Source of the DNA: Methanomicrobiales archaeon
GTDB taxonomy: Archaea > Halobacteriota > Methanomicrobia > Methanomicrobiales > Methanospirillaceae
Direction of reading: 5' to 3'
Assembly (NCBI GenBank): GCA_037137755.1
Contig: JBAXJR010000001.1
Span: forward strand, 32,001-96,000
DNA: 64,000 nucleotides
In this document: in pieces, positions 20,418 through 30,039 of the stretch
Position numbering within the stretch: the first letter of the stretch is position 1
Layout: each line of letters begins with the position of its first letter
Notes under the pieces: model-generated
Database searches by the model: none
Seen by the model: the letters and a program-made list of their open reading frames with translations, nothing else
Told to the model about the DNA's origin: nothing
Made by a program: the position numbers and the translations under genes

Positions 20418-21421
20418 ACACAGTCACCGGGCCCGGTAAAGAGCCGCATGATGCCGTTTTTAGAAAAATCAAAGACAAGTGATTCCTGGTCTTCATAGGT
20501 AATTATCAGGTCCTTGCTGCTGTTTACCGTCCCGATAACCTTCGCTGTCATGCCGACCGCTGAAAACCGCGAACAGACTTCCGCCGCATTTTTTTCGTTA
20601 ACGGTCAGAATGAAGCCCATACCGGGGTACATCCTCACCCACTGCTCGAAGGTGATGTGGTTCTCCTCTAACTCAGGATGTGGTATCTTTCCCAGATCGA
20701 TTGTTGCACCTTTGTTGCTTACTTCAAGGAGCATACCGAGTGTACCGATCACACCAGGGTTACTGATATCCTTGCCCGCGGTAAGGAGGTGCTCCTTCCC
20801 GAGCTGCTCAAGGAGCTGGATCTGTGCCCGGACATACGAAGCTGATTTCATCGTCACCGAGTCCCAGTTGAGGAAACAGGAAGGGTGTACCCTGCCGCTC
20901 AGGTCGATAGCGGCCACAACAAGGTCCCCGTCCTGTGCAGTGTGCGAGTAGATAACCGAATCGACATCTGCGACTCCTATGATAGCCACGTCGATCACGC
21001 TGTATGGCGTATCAGGGTGGAGGTGCCCGCCGACAATCGGCACCCCGAACTGGGCCGATGCATCATGCATCCCATCAATCACCTTTTTCCTGATAGAATT
21101 GTCTGATATTGAAAACACATCGACCATGGCAATTGGTTTCCCGCCCATCGCAGCGATATCATGGATATTAACAAGAACTGAACAATAACCGGCCCAGTAC
21201 GGGTCGGCCTCCATCAGCTTGCTCCATATCCCGTCTGCTGCGAGGAGAAGTGCTTCATTCCCATTTCGGATGACTGCTGCGTCCTCGCCAAACGAGGCCA
21301 TTACGTCAGGGGTATCGATCCGGATCGCCTTTACCATCTCGCCGATGGCATGTTTCCGTTTCACTCCTTCATAGTCCCTGACGACATTTGCGATTTTTTC
21401 TGTGGAGCAATAAAATACCAC
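20414..21421 (-). CDS. Methanogenesis marker protein 2 (AIR synthase/ThiL/SelD superfamily)
   Basis: YEGVKRK, FGEDAAVI, LAADGIW, LVNIHDIAAMGG, GGHLHPD, KDISNPG. GTG start at 21421 inferred from a GGTGG SD. Confidence 0.9.
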   Translation of the reverse strand: MVFYCSTEKIANVVRDYEGVKRKHAIGEMVKAIRIDTPDVMASFGEDAAVIRNGNEALLLAADGIWSKLMEADPYWAGYCSVLVNIHDIAAMGGKPIAMVDVFSISDNSIRKKVIDGMHDASAQFGVPIVGGHLHPDTPYSVIDVAIIGVADVDSVIYSHTAQDGDLVVAAIDLSGRVHPSCFLNWDSVTMKSASYVRAQIQLLEQLGKEHLLTAGKDISNPGVIGTLGMLLEVSNKGATIDLGKIPHPELEENHITFEQWVRMYPGMGFILTVNEKNAAEVCSRFSAVGMTAKVIGTVNSSKDLIITYEDQESLVFDFSKNGIMRLFTGPGDCV

Positions 21422-21506
21422 GGTACCACCATCAACAAGAAAATCTGGTATTGTTATTTCGGTGTCATCAGACATAATTTATTTGATATACCGTCGAAGT
21501 TTCTCC

Positions 21507-22940
21507 ATGGACTGGACAGAAAAATATCGGCCTGCTCATCTGGCGGATATTGTTGGGAACGGTACTGCTGTCCGCCAGATGCTCGACTGGGCCCGGGGAT
21601 GGAAACGCGGCACAAAACCGCTCATCCTCTACGGGAAACCTGGTATCGGCAAGACCTCTGCGGCCTATGCGCTGGCGAATGATATGCACTGGGAGGCGAT
21701 GGAACTCAATGCAAGTGACCAGCGGACAAAAGCGGTCATAGAACGTGTTGCAGGTGCAGGCAGTACATCGGGGAGCCTTACCGGGGCTTTGAGGAGGCTG
21801 GTTGTCCTTGATGAAGCTGACAATCTGCAGGGCACCGCGGATAAAGGAGGTGCGAAGGCAATCCTTGATATTATCCGGGATGCACGTCAGCCTATCATCC
21901 TGATCGCAAATGACCTGTACGGGCTTGCGGCAGATCTTCGTGCTGCGTGTGATCCAGTCCAGTTTAAGGCCCTTCCTGCACGGTCCCTTGCCCCTCACTT
22001 AAAATACATCTGTTCCGTTGAGAAGGTGCAGTGCAATGACCAGGCCCTGAAGGATATCGCTGAAAATTCTGCGGGTGACATGAGAGCAGCAGTCACGATG
22101 CTGTATGCCGCAGCAATCGGAAAAGAGAGGATTGACGAACCAGATATCCATACCTCCACAAAAGACGGGCGTGCGAGCATCTTCCAGCTTATCCCCGCGG
22201 TATTCGGCAGAAGCCCGGGCGATGACCTGCTCCGGATGTCCTATGAGATTGATGATACACCCGATGTCATCGAGCAGTGGATCGAGGCGAACCTGGGCAC
22301 GCTCAAAGGTCCGGAAGAAGCAGCCCAGGCCTATCGGTATCTCTCGCGGGCCGACGAATATATCGGGTACACCTACCGGCAGCAATATTACACGCTCTGG
22401 CGTTATGCAACGGTAAACATGCTGTTAGGCACCCATATCGCATCAGGGGGCCACGGGATCCATGAAAGGATAACATCACCCCGCCGGTGGCAGAGGATGG
22501 CATCCTCAAGGCGCCAGAAAGGGATAAGGACCGCGCTGTTTGGGAAGTTTGCCGGGCTCCTGCATATGCCCCAGCAGACAGTCAGGGACGGGTACCTTAG
22601 CCTGCTTTCTATTCTCGCAGAAAAGGACCCGCTTATTTTTGCACGGGAACTTGACCTGGACGCAGACCAGCTGGCATTTCTCATCCATGACCGCGTGAAG
22701 GCGACTGCCATAACAAAACAGGTCGCAGGCGAAAAGAAGGAGGAGGATAAGAAGGAAAAGATCAAGGCGCAAAAAAAACAGGTTCCCGAACAGAAGAAAA
22801 AAAAGGAGACGGTGGAAGAGCCGCCTGAAGTAAAACCACTCGCAACAGATACCCTCCGGCAGGATATGTCTGAACCTCCCGCTCCTGCAGAACCTGAGAA
22901 ACAACCAAAGGGTGGAGGACGGCAGTCAACCCTTTTCTGA
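21507..22940 (+). CDS. rfcL: Replication factor C large subunit
   Basis: MDWTEKYRP, Walker A GKPGIGKT, ELNASD, LDEAD, C-terminal PIP box QSTLF. Confidence 0.96.
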   Translation: MDWTEKYRPAHLADIVGNGTAVRQMLDWARGWKRGTKPLILYGKPGIGKTSAAYALANDMHWEAMELNASDQRTKAVIERVAGAGSTSGSLTGALRRLVVLDEADNLQGTADKGGAKAILDIIRDARQPIILIANDLYGLAADLRAACDPVQFKALPARSLAPHLKYICSVEKVQCNDQALKDIAENSAGDMRAAVTMLYAAAIGKERIDEPDIHTSTKDGRASIFQLIPAVFGRSPGDDLLRMSYEIDDTPDVIEQWIEANLGTLKGPEEAAQAYRYLSRADEYIGYTYRQQYYTLWRYATVNMLLGTHIASGGHGIHERITSPRRWQRMASSRRQKGIRTALFGKFAGLLHMPQQTVRDGYLSLLSILAEKDPLIFARELDLDADQLAFLIHDRVKATAITKQVAGEKKEEDKKEKIKAQKKQVPEQKKKKETVEEPPEVKPLATDTLRQDMSEPPAPAEPEKQPKGGGRQSTLF

Positions 22941-23348
22941 ATTTAGATCTTTCCGCGTATGATAGCGGTGCAGGATTACCCCGCATTCGATAAGGTCTCC
23001 CCCGTTACCATAACTCTCGAAGCCTAGATGGTACACGAGGAGGTCACAGTTGAGACTTCGTGCGAGATCCTTCATCGGCGGTACCATCTCCTCCGCCGGA
23101 CGGACCGAATAGAGGAGATCGGCTCCGCTATAATGTCCTTCCCTGGGTGAAAATATGTTATCAGAGATGAAACAGACCCCTTTAGGTGGTTCCCGTGGAT
23201 TTATATCCGTGCACCGGACACCAATCCCCCCCGATACGATACATTCCGCCGCGGTAAAATTATTTCCGACACCTATCTCGACCGGGCTGCAGTAGTGCTC
23301 CGCGATGTACCTGCCAATGCAATGCTCAATACGTTTATACCCGTCCAT
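22926..23348 (-). CDS. UPF0146 family protein
   Basis: VEIGVG, TDI, DNIFSP..Y.GADLLYSVRPAEEM. Confidence 0.85.
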   Translation of the reverse strand: MDGYKRIEHCIGRYIAEHYCSPVEIGVGNNFTAAECIVSGGIGVRCTDINPREPPKGVCFISDNIFSPREGHYSGADLLYSVRPAEEMVPPMKDLARSLNCDLLVYHLGFESYGNGGDLIECGVILHRYHTRKDLNSEKG

Positions 23349-23365
23349 TCCAGTATAGTATTGGA

Positions 23366-23914
23366 ATGGATGTCCATATTTTTTGGGATCATCGTGCGCC
23401 GGAGGGACTGGCAGGACCGGCTGGCAGGTGTATCGCAGCGATAACCGGCACGACAGTAAAAGTCTGTGGGAGTCCTTTAGTCCTCAATGGATATAGCGGT
23501 AACAGGAGGCAGGTTGATGCGGGAATTGTGCTCGACAGCCTTGGGACCTTCATGCACCGGCAGGGTATCAATGGGCCGGTACTCCTTGTGATCGGACAGG
23601 ACATTTTTGTACCGGGACTTGACTTCGTATTCGGTCTTGCCCGGCCACAAACCCGGGCGTCTGTCGTTTCGGGTGTCCGGCTCAGCAATGAATATTATAG
23701 TCGCCCTACAAACGATGAAGACCTCATTGAACGCATTGCAAAGGAAGGTTCCCATGAATTAGGGCATATTTACGGGCTTTCACATTGCAGCAACCACGAA
23801 TGCATTATGTTCAACCCCCATACACTCGATGAACTGGACGGGAAAAAGAAAGAGTTCTGCCCGGGTTGTACGGTCGCGTTAGAAAAGGGAAAATCTGTAA
23901 TTCCTCCCTGCTAA
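23366..23914 (+). CDS. amzA: Archaemetzincin-type zinc metalloprotease
   Basis: HELGHIYGLSHC....CIM and C-terminal FCPGC Cys4 site. Confidence 0.88.
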   Translation: MDVHIFWDHRAPEGLAGPAGRCIAAITGTTVKVCGSPLVLNGYSGNRRQVDAGIVLDSLGTFMHRQGINGPVLLVIGQDIFVPGLDFVFGLARPQTRASVVSGVRLSNEYYSRPTNDEDLIERIAKEGSHELGHIYGLSHCSNHECIMFNPHTLDELDGKKKEFCPGCTVALEKGKSVIPPC

Positions 23915-24192
23915 TGACAGATTTTTCTCCGCGACCGCGATGATCAACAATTGCAACCGGAATTTTAGAATGGTTCTGGTTCGAAATTATTGAAAAATGT
24001 ATGATGGAATTATTTATACACCGGTGATATGGTAATTTTCCAGTGCATCATGATCCAGGTCCCAATGTCCCTGGTTCCGAGATATAATGTATGAAAATCC
24101 AGGGCCTGAGCGGCTGGAATAAAAAATCTGGATAAAAGCTCGTTTTAGAAAAATCGCGAATAAACAGAACAGAATATTAACAGAAAAAAGAT

Positions 24193-24501
24193 TTAGCCGA
24201 ACAGGGCTCCAAGCCCTGCCATGCCGCTCTCTTCCTCTTCTTTCTTCTCTTCCTTGGTCTCTTCCTTTGCTGCTGCGGGTGCCGCACCGGCTGCTGCGGG
24301 TGCTGCTGCAACGGCTACCTGTGCAATGGCTGCCTTGCTGATTGCATCATCGATGTCAACACCATCGAGTGCTGCAACGAGTGCCTTTACACGGGATTCG
24401 TCCACGGCGATACCTGTGGCAGTAAGGACTGCCTTTACGCTGTCTTCCTTTACCGGCTTTCCAGCCTTGTGCAGGAGAAGTGCTGCATAGATATATTCCA
24501 T
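24193..24501 (-). CDS. rpl12: 50S ribosomal stalk protein P1/L12
   Basis: [11 protein letters not shown], Ala-rich hinge, acidic tail ending GLGALFG. Confidence 0.98.
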   Translation of the reverse strand: MEYIYAALLLHKAGKPVKEDSVKAVLTATGIAVDESRVKALVAALDGVDIDDAISKAAIAQVAVAAAPAAAGAAPAAAKEETKEEKKEEEESGMAGLGALFG

Positions 24502-24519
24502 CTCAATTCACCTTTAGAT

Positions 24520-25374
24520 TTATTTTCCCTCAGTTATACCTTTGAGGGCAACGGTTTCTCTGTACGCCTTACCAATAATCGCATCAATGACGTCTTTCTC
24601 GTAGATGCTCGCCTCGATTCCAAGTGCACGTGCTTCACGGGCTGCCTTTGTGATCATCGGCACGATTGTCTCTTTCGTCGGGATGCCTGCGTTTAACGAG
24701 AGGTTGAATGCCTGACGTCCTGCGAGGGCGATCTGTGCGAGGATCTTGACTTCATCAATGGCCAGCACCGAGGGCTCGTACATGTCTCCTTCAAAGTATG
24801 CCACCTGGAGGATCAGTCCGATGTCCATCGGCTTGATATCGAGTTTTGCAAGGACCTCTGCCTGTTTCCTGGTTACAGCCTGGCCTTTCTTAACGATGGT
24901 CTTCGTCTCGCGGATCTTGACCTTACCGGCCTCGATCGCTGCGGGAATACCTGCCTGCTGGAGGTCACCCACGATGGGGCCTGGTTTGAAGCTCGTCGGA
25001 CCTTTCTCAACGATAATGTCCTCGGGTGCGATCTCACCTGGTTTTGCCGCCATCTTGGTTTTGGTCTTCTCGAGCGTCTTGAAGAGCTTGAACGGGTTCT
25101 CGTTTGTGAAGATCAATGCAGAGTGACCGGAGATATACTTAGAAACCGCGGACTTTTCGCCGCCGATTTCCTCAAACGCGTGCTTGATAAGTGTATTCCT
25201 GGTCATCTTGATCGTCGCGGTACCACGGAGGTTCCTGCGGATCTGCTGGACCTGCGTTGCAGGGATTCCATACATATCCACAAGCCCTACCAGGGAAAAT
25301 TCCCCTGAGTGCTTCTTGATCTCCTCGACTTCCTTCTTCTTCCATGCCGGGAGGTGGTGCGTGTACAATGCCAT
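24520..25374 (-). CDS. rpl10: 50S ribosomal protein L10 (P0)
   Basis: PAWKK.EV, RNTLI, NPFKL, GPTSFKPGP. Only 284 aa, with no acidic C-terminal tail. Confidence 0.97.
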   Translation of the reverse strand: MALYTHHLPAWKKKEVEEIKKHSGEFSLVGLVDMYGIPATQVQQIRRNLRGTATIKMTRNTLIKHAFEEIGGEKSAVSKYISGHSALIFTNENPFKLFKTLEKTKTKMAAKPGEIAPEDIIVEKGPTSFKPGPIVGDLQQAGIPAAIEAGKVKIRETKTIVKKGQAVTRKQAEVLAKLDIKPMDIGLILQVAYFEGDMYEPSVLAIDEVKILAQIALAGRQAFNLSLNAGIPTKETIVPMITKAAREARALGIEASIYEKDVIDAIIGKAYRETVALKGITEGK

Positions 25375-26019
25375 TTAAACCAGCCTCACTGCCGGGCCCA
25401 TGGTTGTCTTCACGTATACCGATCTGACGTTCATCGTTCCCTGGTCAAGAACCGCCTCGACTCTTTTCATGACTGCGTCGATATTCTCGGCGACCTGTTC
25501 CTCTGACATCTGGGTCGTACCGACCTTGACGGAGAGGACTTTCTTGTCCTTGGTCCTGATCTTCACGGAATTCCGGAGCCGCTCAACGATGGGCTTGATG
25601 TCCATTCCCATGGTAATCGGTGTCGGCATCCGTCCCCGCGGACCTAACCGTGGACCTAAGAAACGACCGACCAGTGGCATGACTGCGGTTTCAGCAAGGA
25701 AAAACCGGTACTGTCCGGCGATTTTCCGTGCCTCCCGTGGCTCTCCACCAAGCCGTTCAATCTCTTCAGGGCCGATAATCAGGTCCACGCCTGCTTCTTT
25801 TGCCTGCGTGGTGATGTCACCCTTCCCAAGTACCACGATGCCGACCGGTTTGCCGATGCCGTGGGGGAGAAGGATTGTCTCATCAATACGATTTTTCGGC
25901 TGCGCCATATCGATATTCTTGAGATTGATGGTAATATCTACACTCTCAGAGAACTTACGTTCAGGCGCTTTCTCTTTTGCCGCTTTCACGGCTTCAATAA
26001 TTTTGGCCCTTTCTACCAT
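25375..26019 (-). CDS. rpl1: 50S ribosomal protein L1
   Basis: RKFSESVD, LGPRGRMP, YVKTTMGP. Confidence 0.98.
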   Translation of the reverse strand: MVERAKIIEAVKAAKEKAPERKFSESVDITINLKNIDMAQPKNRIDETILLPHGIGKPVGIVVLGKGDITTQAKEAGVDLIIGPEEIERLGGEPREARKIAGQYRFFLAETAVMPLVGRFLGPRLGPRGRMPTPITMGMDIKPIVERLRNSVKIRTKDKKVLSVKVGTTQMSEEQVAENIDAVMKRVEAVLDQGTMNVRSVYVKTTMGPAVRLV

Positions 26020-26028
26020 CTGATTCCT

Positions 26029-26078
26029 CCATAGTCCACGACCGTGTACGAAAAATATTCCGCCACGATCTCCTATGG
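26029..26078 (-). promoter_or_regulatory. Putative L1-binding mRNA leader overlapping the rpl1 SD
   Basis: mRNA CCAUAG-GA-GAUCGUG...CACGGUC-GUGGA-CUAUGG: two helices around an asymmetric purine-rich loop. The 3' arm runs into GGAGG. Confidence 0.7.
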
Positions 26079-26088
26079 TTTCGCAAAT

Positions 26089-26565
26089 CTATTCAGCGAG
26101 AACCTTGTCATAGGCGCCGGAATCAATCGCTGCAAAGACCTCTTTCGGTCTTTTGCCATCCACGTTGACTCCCATGCTGACGCACGTACCGACAACTTCC
26201 TTGACTGCATTCTTGATGTCATAGGAGAGCATGTCGTCATGCTTCATCTTGGCGATTCTGACAGCGGCCTCGAGCGACAAATTCCCAACGATAATTGTGT
26301 TGGGTTCGGCAGAACCTTTCTCGATATTGGCCTCTTTCTTGATGAGTGCCGTCGTCGGTGGAATACCCACCGTGACCGTGAAGTTCTTCTTTTCATCGAC
26401 CTGGATCGTTACCGGCACCTGCATTCCGTTGAATGAAGCTGTCTTCTTGTTGATCTCGTCGACTACTGCCTTCACATTTATACCGAGGGGTCCCAGTGCC
26501 GGTCCAATCGGTGGACCTGCAGTTGCCTTGCCGCCGGGTACCAATACCTCGACCACTTCTGCCAT
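26089..26565 (-). CDS. rpl11: 50S ribosomal protein L11
   Basis: [34 protein letters not shown]. Start at MAEVVE. Confidence 0.98.
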   Translation of the reverse strand: MAEVVEVLVPGGKATAGPPIGPALGPLGINVKAVVDEINKKTASFNGMQVPVTIQVDEKKNFTVTVGIPPTTALIKKEANIEKGSAEPNTIIVGNLSLEAAVRIAKMKHDDMLSYDIKNAVKEVVGTCVSMGVNVDGKRPKEVFAAIDSGAYDKVLAE

Positions 26566-26670
26566 AGTAGTATCACCATGCCGTCCCGTAAGGGTACGAA
26601 CCTGGGTCAAGTAAGGTTACCCTTCACAGACTTAAACATGTGGGAAGAGCGGGAAAAATAGGGTGGCTGG

Positions 26671-27150
26671 TCAGCGGTCTTCGCCTTTATCGATCACGCG
26701 GACATTATCGCCCCTGACGGTGATCGGGATGGGTAGCACACTCTCGTAGAGCTCAACGGTAATCTCCTCTTTACCTGAGTCAATCCTTTTTACGACGGCT
26801 TTTTCGCCTTTGAACGGTCCTGCGATCATCTCTACGATTGTCCCTTCGGATATACCACTGACGACTGGTTTCGGTACCAGGAAGTGTGCAACCTCGGCGA
26901 GCGTGGTCTCTCCATGGACAACGACGCGCGCGTGTGGGACCTTCTCGACCAGTTGTTCAATCCGGTTCATCTGTTCGGGAGTCTCAACGAGTACATAGCC
27001 CTTGAGCTCATCAGGTACGATAATTGCGAGCACCTTCACATCGGAGTCGCCGTTATCGATTACCTTCTTGATATTGTCAGCAACCGTCCTTTCCTGCTTC
27101 GAGGTAGTCTTAATGGCAAAAATACGGTTGGTCTGTTCAGGCATATTCAT
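26671..27150 (-). CDS. spt5: Transcription elongation factor Spt5 (NusG)
   Basis: NGN domain (LKGYVLVE) plus KOW domain (VEMIAGPFKGEKA). Confidence 0.97.
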   Translation of the reverse strand: MNMPEQTNRIFAIKTTSKQERTVADNIKKVIDNGDSDVKVLAIIVPDELKGYVLVETPEQMNRIEQLVEKVPHARVVVHGETTLAEVAHFLVPKPVVSGISEGTIVEMIAGPFKGEKAVVKRIDSGKEEITVELYESVLPIPITVRGDNVRVIDKGEDR

Positions 27151-27347
27151 CAGCGGGGGACTAAGAGGAATAGTTCGTAAATGATGAATCCGATAAGACC
27201 TATGAGCGCGACACCAGCAATAACGACGAGCGCGATCTTCTGGAACTCTTCCCGGGTTGGCGTGCGGGCGAGTTTCAGGACACGGAGGTACTTACGTAGT
27301 AGTTCCTCGTGGAAATCTATTTTCATATTGGGTTTTGGTAATTCCAT
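27150..27347 (-). CDS. secE: Protein translocase subunit SecE/Sec61-gamma
   Basis: YLRVLKLARTPTREEF followed by one TM helix with GLIGFII. Confidence 0.95.
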   Translation of the reverse strand: MELPKPNMKIDFHEELLRKYLRVLKLARTPTREEFQKIALVVIAGVALIGLIGFIIYELFLLVPR

Positions 27348-27353
27348 AATTAA

Positions 27354-28445
27354 TCACTTCAGGAAGTCTATCTCAAATTGCTTCTGAACTTTTGGGTTAT
27401 TTTTTTCATTCCTTCCATATATTTGTGGTGACCGTACTCCCGTCACGACAAGGAGGGTGCGCATCTTGTTCTGCATATCCGGATCAACCTGTGCGCCCCA
27501 GATTATCCTTGCATTCGGGTCAATACGGTTGTAAACTTCCTGCACTGCACCCTCAGCCTCAGCCATTGTCATGTCAGGACCACCGATTACATTGACAAGC
27601 GCGGCGTTCGCTCCGGAGATATCAACGTCAAGCAATGGTGACCTTATTGCCTTTTTAACCGAATCTGCTGCCTTATCTTCACTGTCACTCTCACCCATTC
27701 CGATCATGGCTACACCCCCGCGCTCCATGACCGTGCGCACATCAGCAAAATCAAGGTTTACGAGCCCCGGCATCGTGATCAGTTCGGTGATACCTTTGAC
27801 CGCCCTCATCAGAACTTCATCCGCGACCTTAAAAGCGGCATAAAGCGGGAGCTTTGGTACTACCTCAAGCAGCCTGTCGTTTGGTACGACAATAACCGTG
27901 TCCGCCACATCACGGAGCCGTTCAAGTCCGGCCTCGGCATTTTCCATCCGGATTGCACCTTCTGCGGTGAAGGGAAGCGTCACAACCGCGATTGTGAGGG
28001 CACCTTCTTCACGTGCAGCTTTTGCAACAATTGGCGCACAACCGGTTCCGGTCCCTCCGCCAAGACCGACCGTGAGAAATACCATGTCGCAACCTGCAAC
28101 GGCACTCTTTATTTCCTGTTCTGTTTCAAGCGCTGCTTCCTCTCCAATCTGTGGGATTGAGCCAGCCCCGAGACCTCGTGTCCGTTGTCGCCCTATCAGG
28201 ATCCGGTGATCCGCTTTTGTCCTCGAAAGGTGCTGTGCATCGGTATTTATTGCATACAGGCGGGCACCGTGGATCCCCTCGTCCATCATGCGGCTGATTG
28301 TATTTGATCCGCCACCCCCACAACCAATGACCGCTATCTCTGTCCTTAACCCTTCCAGAATCTGGTCAAGTTCTGAATCGTTCTTTGAGACATCAAGTGT
28401 GTCATCCCTCACTTTAGTCAGTGCCTCTTCTACGATAGACCTCAT
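27354..28445 (-). CDS. ftsZ: Cell division protein FtsZ (FtsZ1 locus)
   Basis: [16 protein letters not shown], tubulin signature [16 protein letters not shown]. Confidence 0.98.
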   Translation of the reverse strand: MRSIVEEALTKVRDDTLDVSKNDSELDQILEGLRTEIAVIGCGGGGSNTISRMMDEGIHGARLYAINTDAQHLSRTKADHRILIGRQRTRGLGAGSIPQIGEEAALETEQEIKSAVAGCDMVFLTVGLGGGTGTGCAPIVAKAAREEGALTIAVVTLPFTAEGAIRMENAEAGLERLRDVADTVIVVPNDRLLEVVPKLPLYAAFKVADEVLMRAVKGITELITMPGLVNLDFADVRTVMERGGVAMIGMGESDSEDKAADSVKKAIRSPLLDVDISGANAALVNVIGGPDMTMAEAEGAVQEVYNRIDPNARIIWGAQVDPDMQNKMRTLLVVTGVRSPQIYGRNEKNNPKVQKQFEIDFLK

Positions 28446-29767
28446 GTATACCTCTCCAACCCCGGGATGTGGATATCCTTCCTGCCTAAGACCTGGACCA
28501 TATCGGGAGTGATTACCCTGTTCCCGATATGCACTGCCTCCCCCTTCATAAGCAGGCCAAACAAAGGACCCATTGGAACACCGAGTTCGCGCGCCTTCCC
28601 GGGGTCCAATTTCTTTTTAAGGATAATCAGGTGATCGCCCTCAATTTCAGTCGCTTCGTTAATAATAATGATTGATACGCATAAGGTTATTAAATCATGT
28701 AGTTTTGTTTCCTTCTGGTCCTGTCCCGTAATGAATACAGGGAGAACTGGCGAGTTTTTTGTCGAGAGATATGCTATCGGCAATTCCCGGAGTCGATCCA
28801 GGAATTGTCGTCCACCAATAGCTAGGGCATTGGAGAGTAATTCAGGACTGATCCTGATAATAACAGGTTTTACGATTGATTTCAACAAATTGACATGGAC
28901 TTCCGCTTCAGGTTCCCGTGATGCCGCCAGTGTTCTGATCCGGAGATAATCCTCCCATACGAGTTCACCGATACCAGTAAGGTGGTGCTCGGCAAGCATG
29001 AGGATTTCAAGCTCCTGTAATATCCCCTCAATCCGGGACAGGTTATTTCCATCAATGGCTTTCCTGTCTACAAAGGCCGCCTTGGCATGACTTTTGTCCA
29101 TCATCTGGCTGATCATTTCCTTCGTTATCCCTTCCAGTTCCCTGGTATGCGCAATATGACCAAACGCCCCCTGTGTCGAAAGGGCAATTTCAGTCTGTCG
29201 CCGTGCATAATGCGTCCCGCCAAACCCAATGAGCGGGATTGCCTGCCCAGGGTCTGCGAGAAGTACGCTCTCCGCAACGGCCTGGCCTGCCGTTTCATCA
29301 CGCCATTCCTGTTCCGTGCTCCCGATTTCAACAAAAAATGACGGGTGATAAAGTTCGGTGGGTCCGTGATGCGTCACTTCGTAAAAGGCACCGTAGCCTT
29401 GAGGTGCACGTTCTTTCAGGTTCCTGAGCACTGCCTGCATCCAGGCAGGGGCAGCCGGGGCAAGGGACCCTGGTTTTCCTCCCAGTTCCGCATTTCCCAG
29501 GTTTCCCGTCACGTGCACCGTGAGAACTGGGACAGGATGGACTGAAGCATGGCGCGAAAGGAAAATTACCAGGTCTGTATCGAGATCACGATCGATTTCG
29601 TCCTCGAAAATCAGGCGGCCTTCCACCTCGATATGGGAGTACACAGGTTGCTGTAATCCGGGACCCAAAGAATCCTCCTTGCACCCGCTTTCAAGGAGTT
29701 CGTGTATATGCCTGTGGATATTACACCCGGCAGGGTCCGTTCGTGAGCTGACCAGTGTTATCTTCAA
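28442..29767 (-). CDS. dtdA: D-aminoacyl-tRNA deacylase (DTD2) with C-terminal extension
   Basis: [41 protein letters not shown]. Confidence 0.93.
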   Translation of the reverse strand: MKITLVSSRTDPAGCNIHRHIHELLESGCKEDSLGPGLQQPVYSHIEVEGRLIFEDEIDRDLDTDLVIFLSRHASVHPVPVLTVHVTGNLGNAELGGKPGSLAPAAPAWMQAVLRNLKERAPQGYGAFYEVTHHGPTELYHPSFFVEIGSTEQEWRDETAGQAVAESVLLADPGQAIPLIGFGGTHYARRQTEIALSTQGAFGHIAHTRELEGITKEMISQMMDKSHAKAAFVDRKAIDGNNLSRIEGILQELEILMLAEHHLTGIGELVWEDYLRIRTLAASREPEAEVHVNLLKSIVKPVIIRISPELLSNALAIGGRQFLDRLRELPIAYLSTKNSPVLPVFITGQDQKETKLHDLITLCVSIIIINEATEIEGDHLIILKKKLDPGKARELGVPMGPLFGLLMKGEAVHIGNRVITPDMVQVLGRKDIHIPGLERYT

Positions 29768-29862
29768 GGATTGGTATACCTCCTTCAGCGTACGTGATTA
29801 GTACGGATCCTGTTAACAATAACAGTAAACCCTATGTAATTGTACATATACCATTGTTCGTT

Positions 29863-30039
29863 ATGGAAGAAGAAAAGATCAGTTCAGCATTTGAAAAAGA
29901 AGGTGTGGGTAGCGAGATTAATTGCCCGCAGGCCTTTTCCATTGCAGAAAAATACAATATTACGAAACATGAGATCGCAGCGTATTGCAACAAGCACGGT
30001 GTAAAGATCAGGGGTTGCCAGCTGGGCTGCTTTAAATGA
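29863..30039 (+). CDS. Small Cys-rich protein (58 aa) ending CQLGCFK
   Basis: MEEEKISSAF...NCPQAFSIAEK...YCNKHGVKIRGCQLGCFK. Its stop overlaps the moeA start (ATGA). Confidence 0.8.
   Translation: MEEEKISSAFEKEGVGSEINCPQAFSIAEKYNITKHEIAAYCNKHGVKIRGCQLGCFK

Noticed and set aside
25400-26023. 207-aa plus-strand ORF and many similar antisense ORFs across conserved genes
   Set aside because: Exact antisense of rpl1 and other well-supported genes, explained by codon bias.
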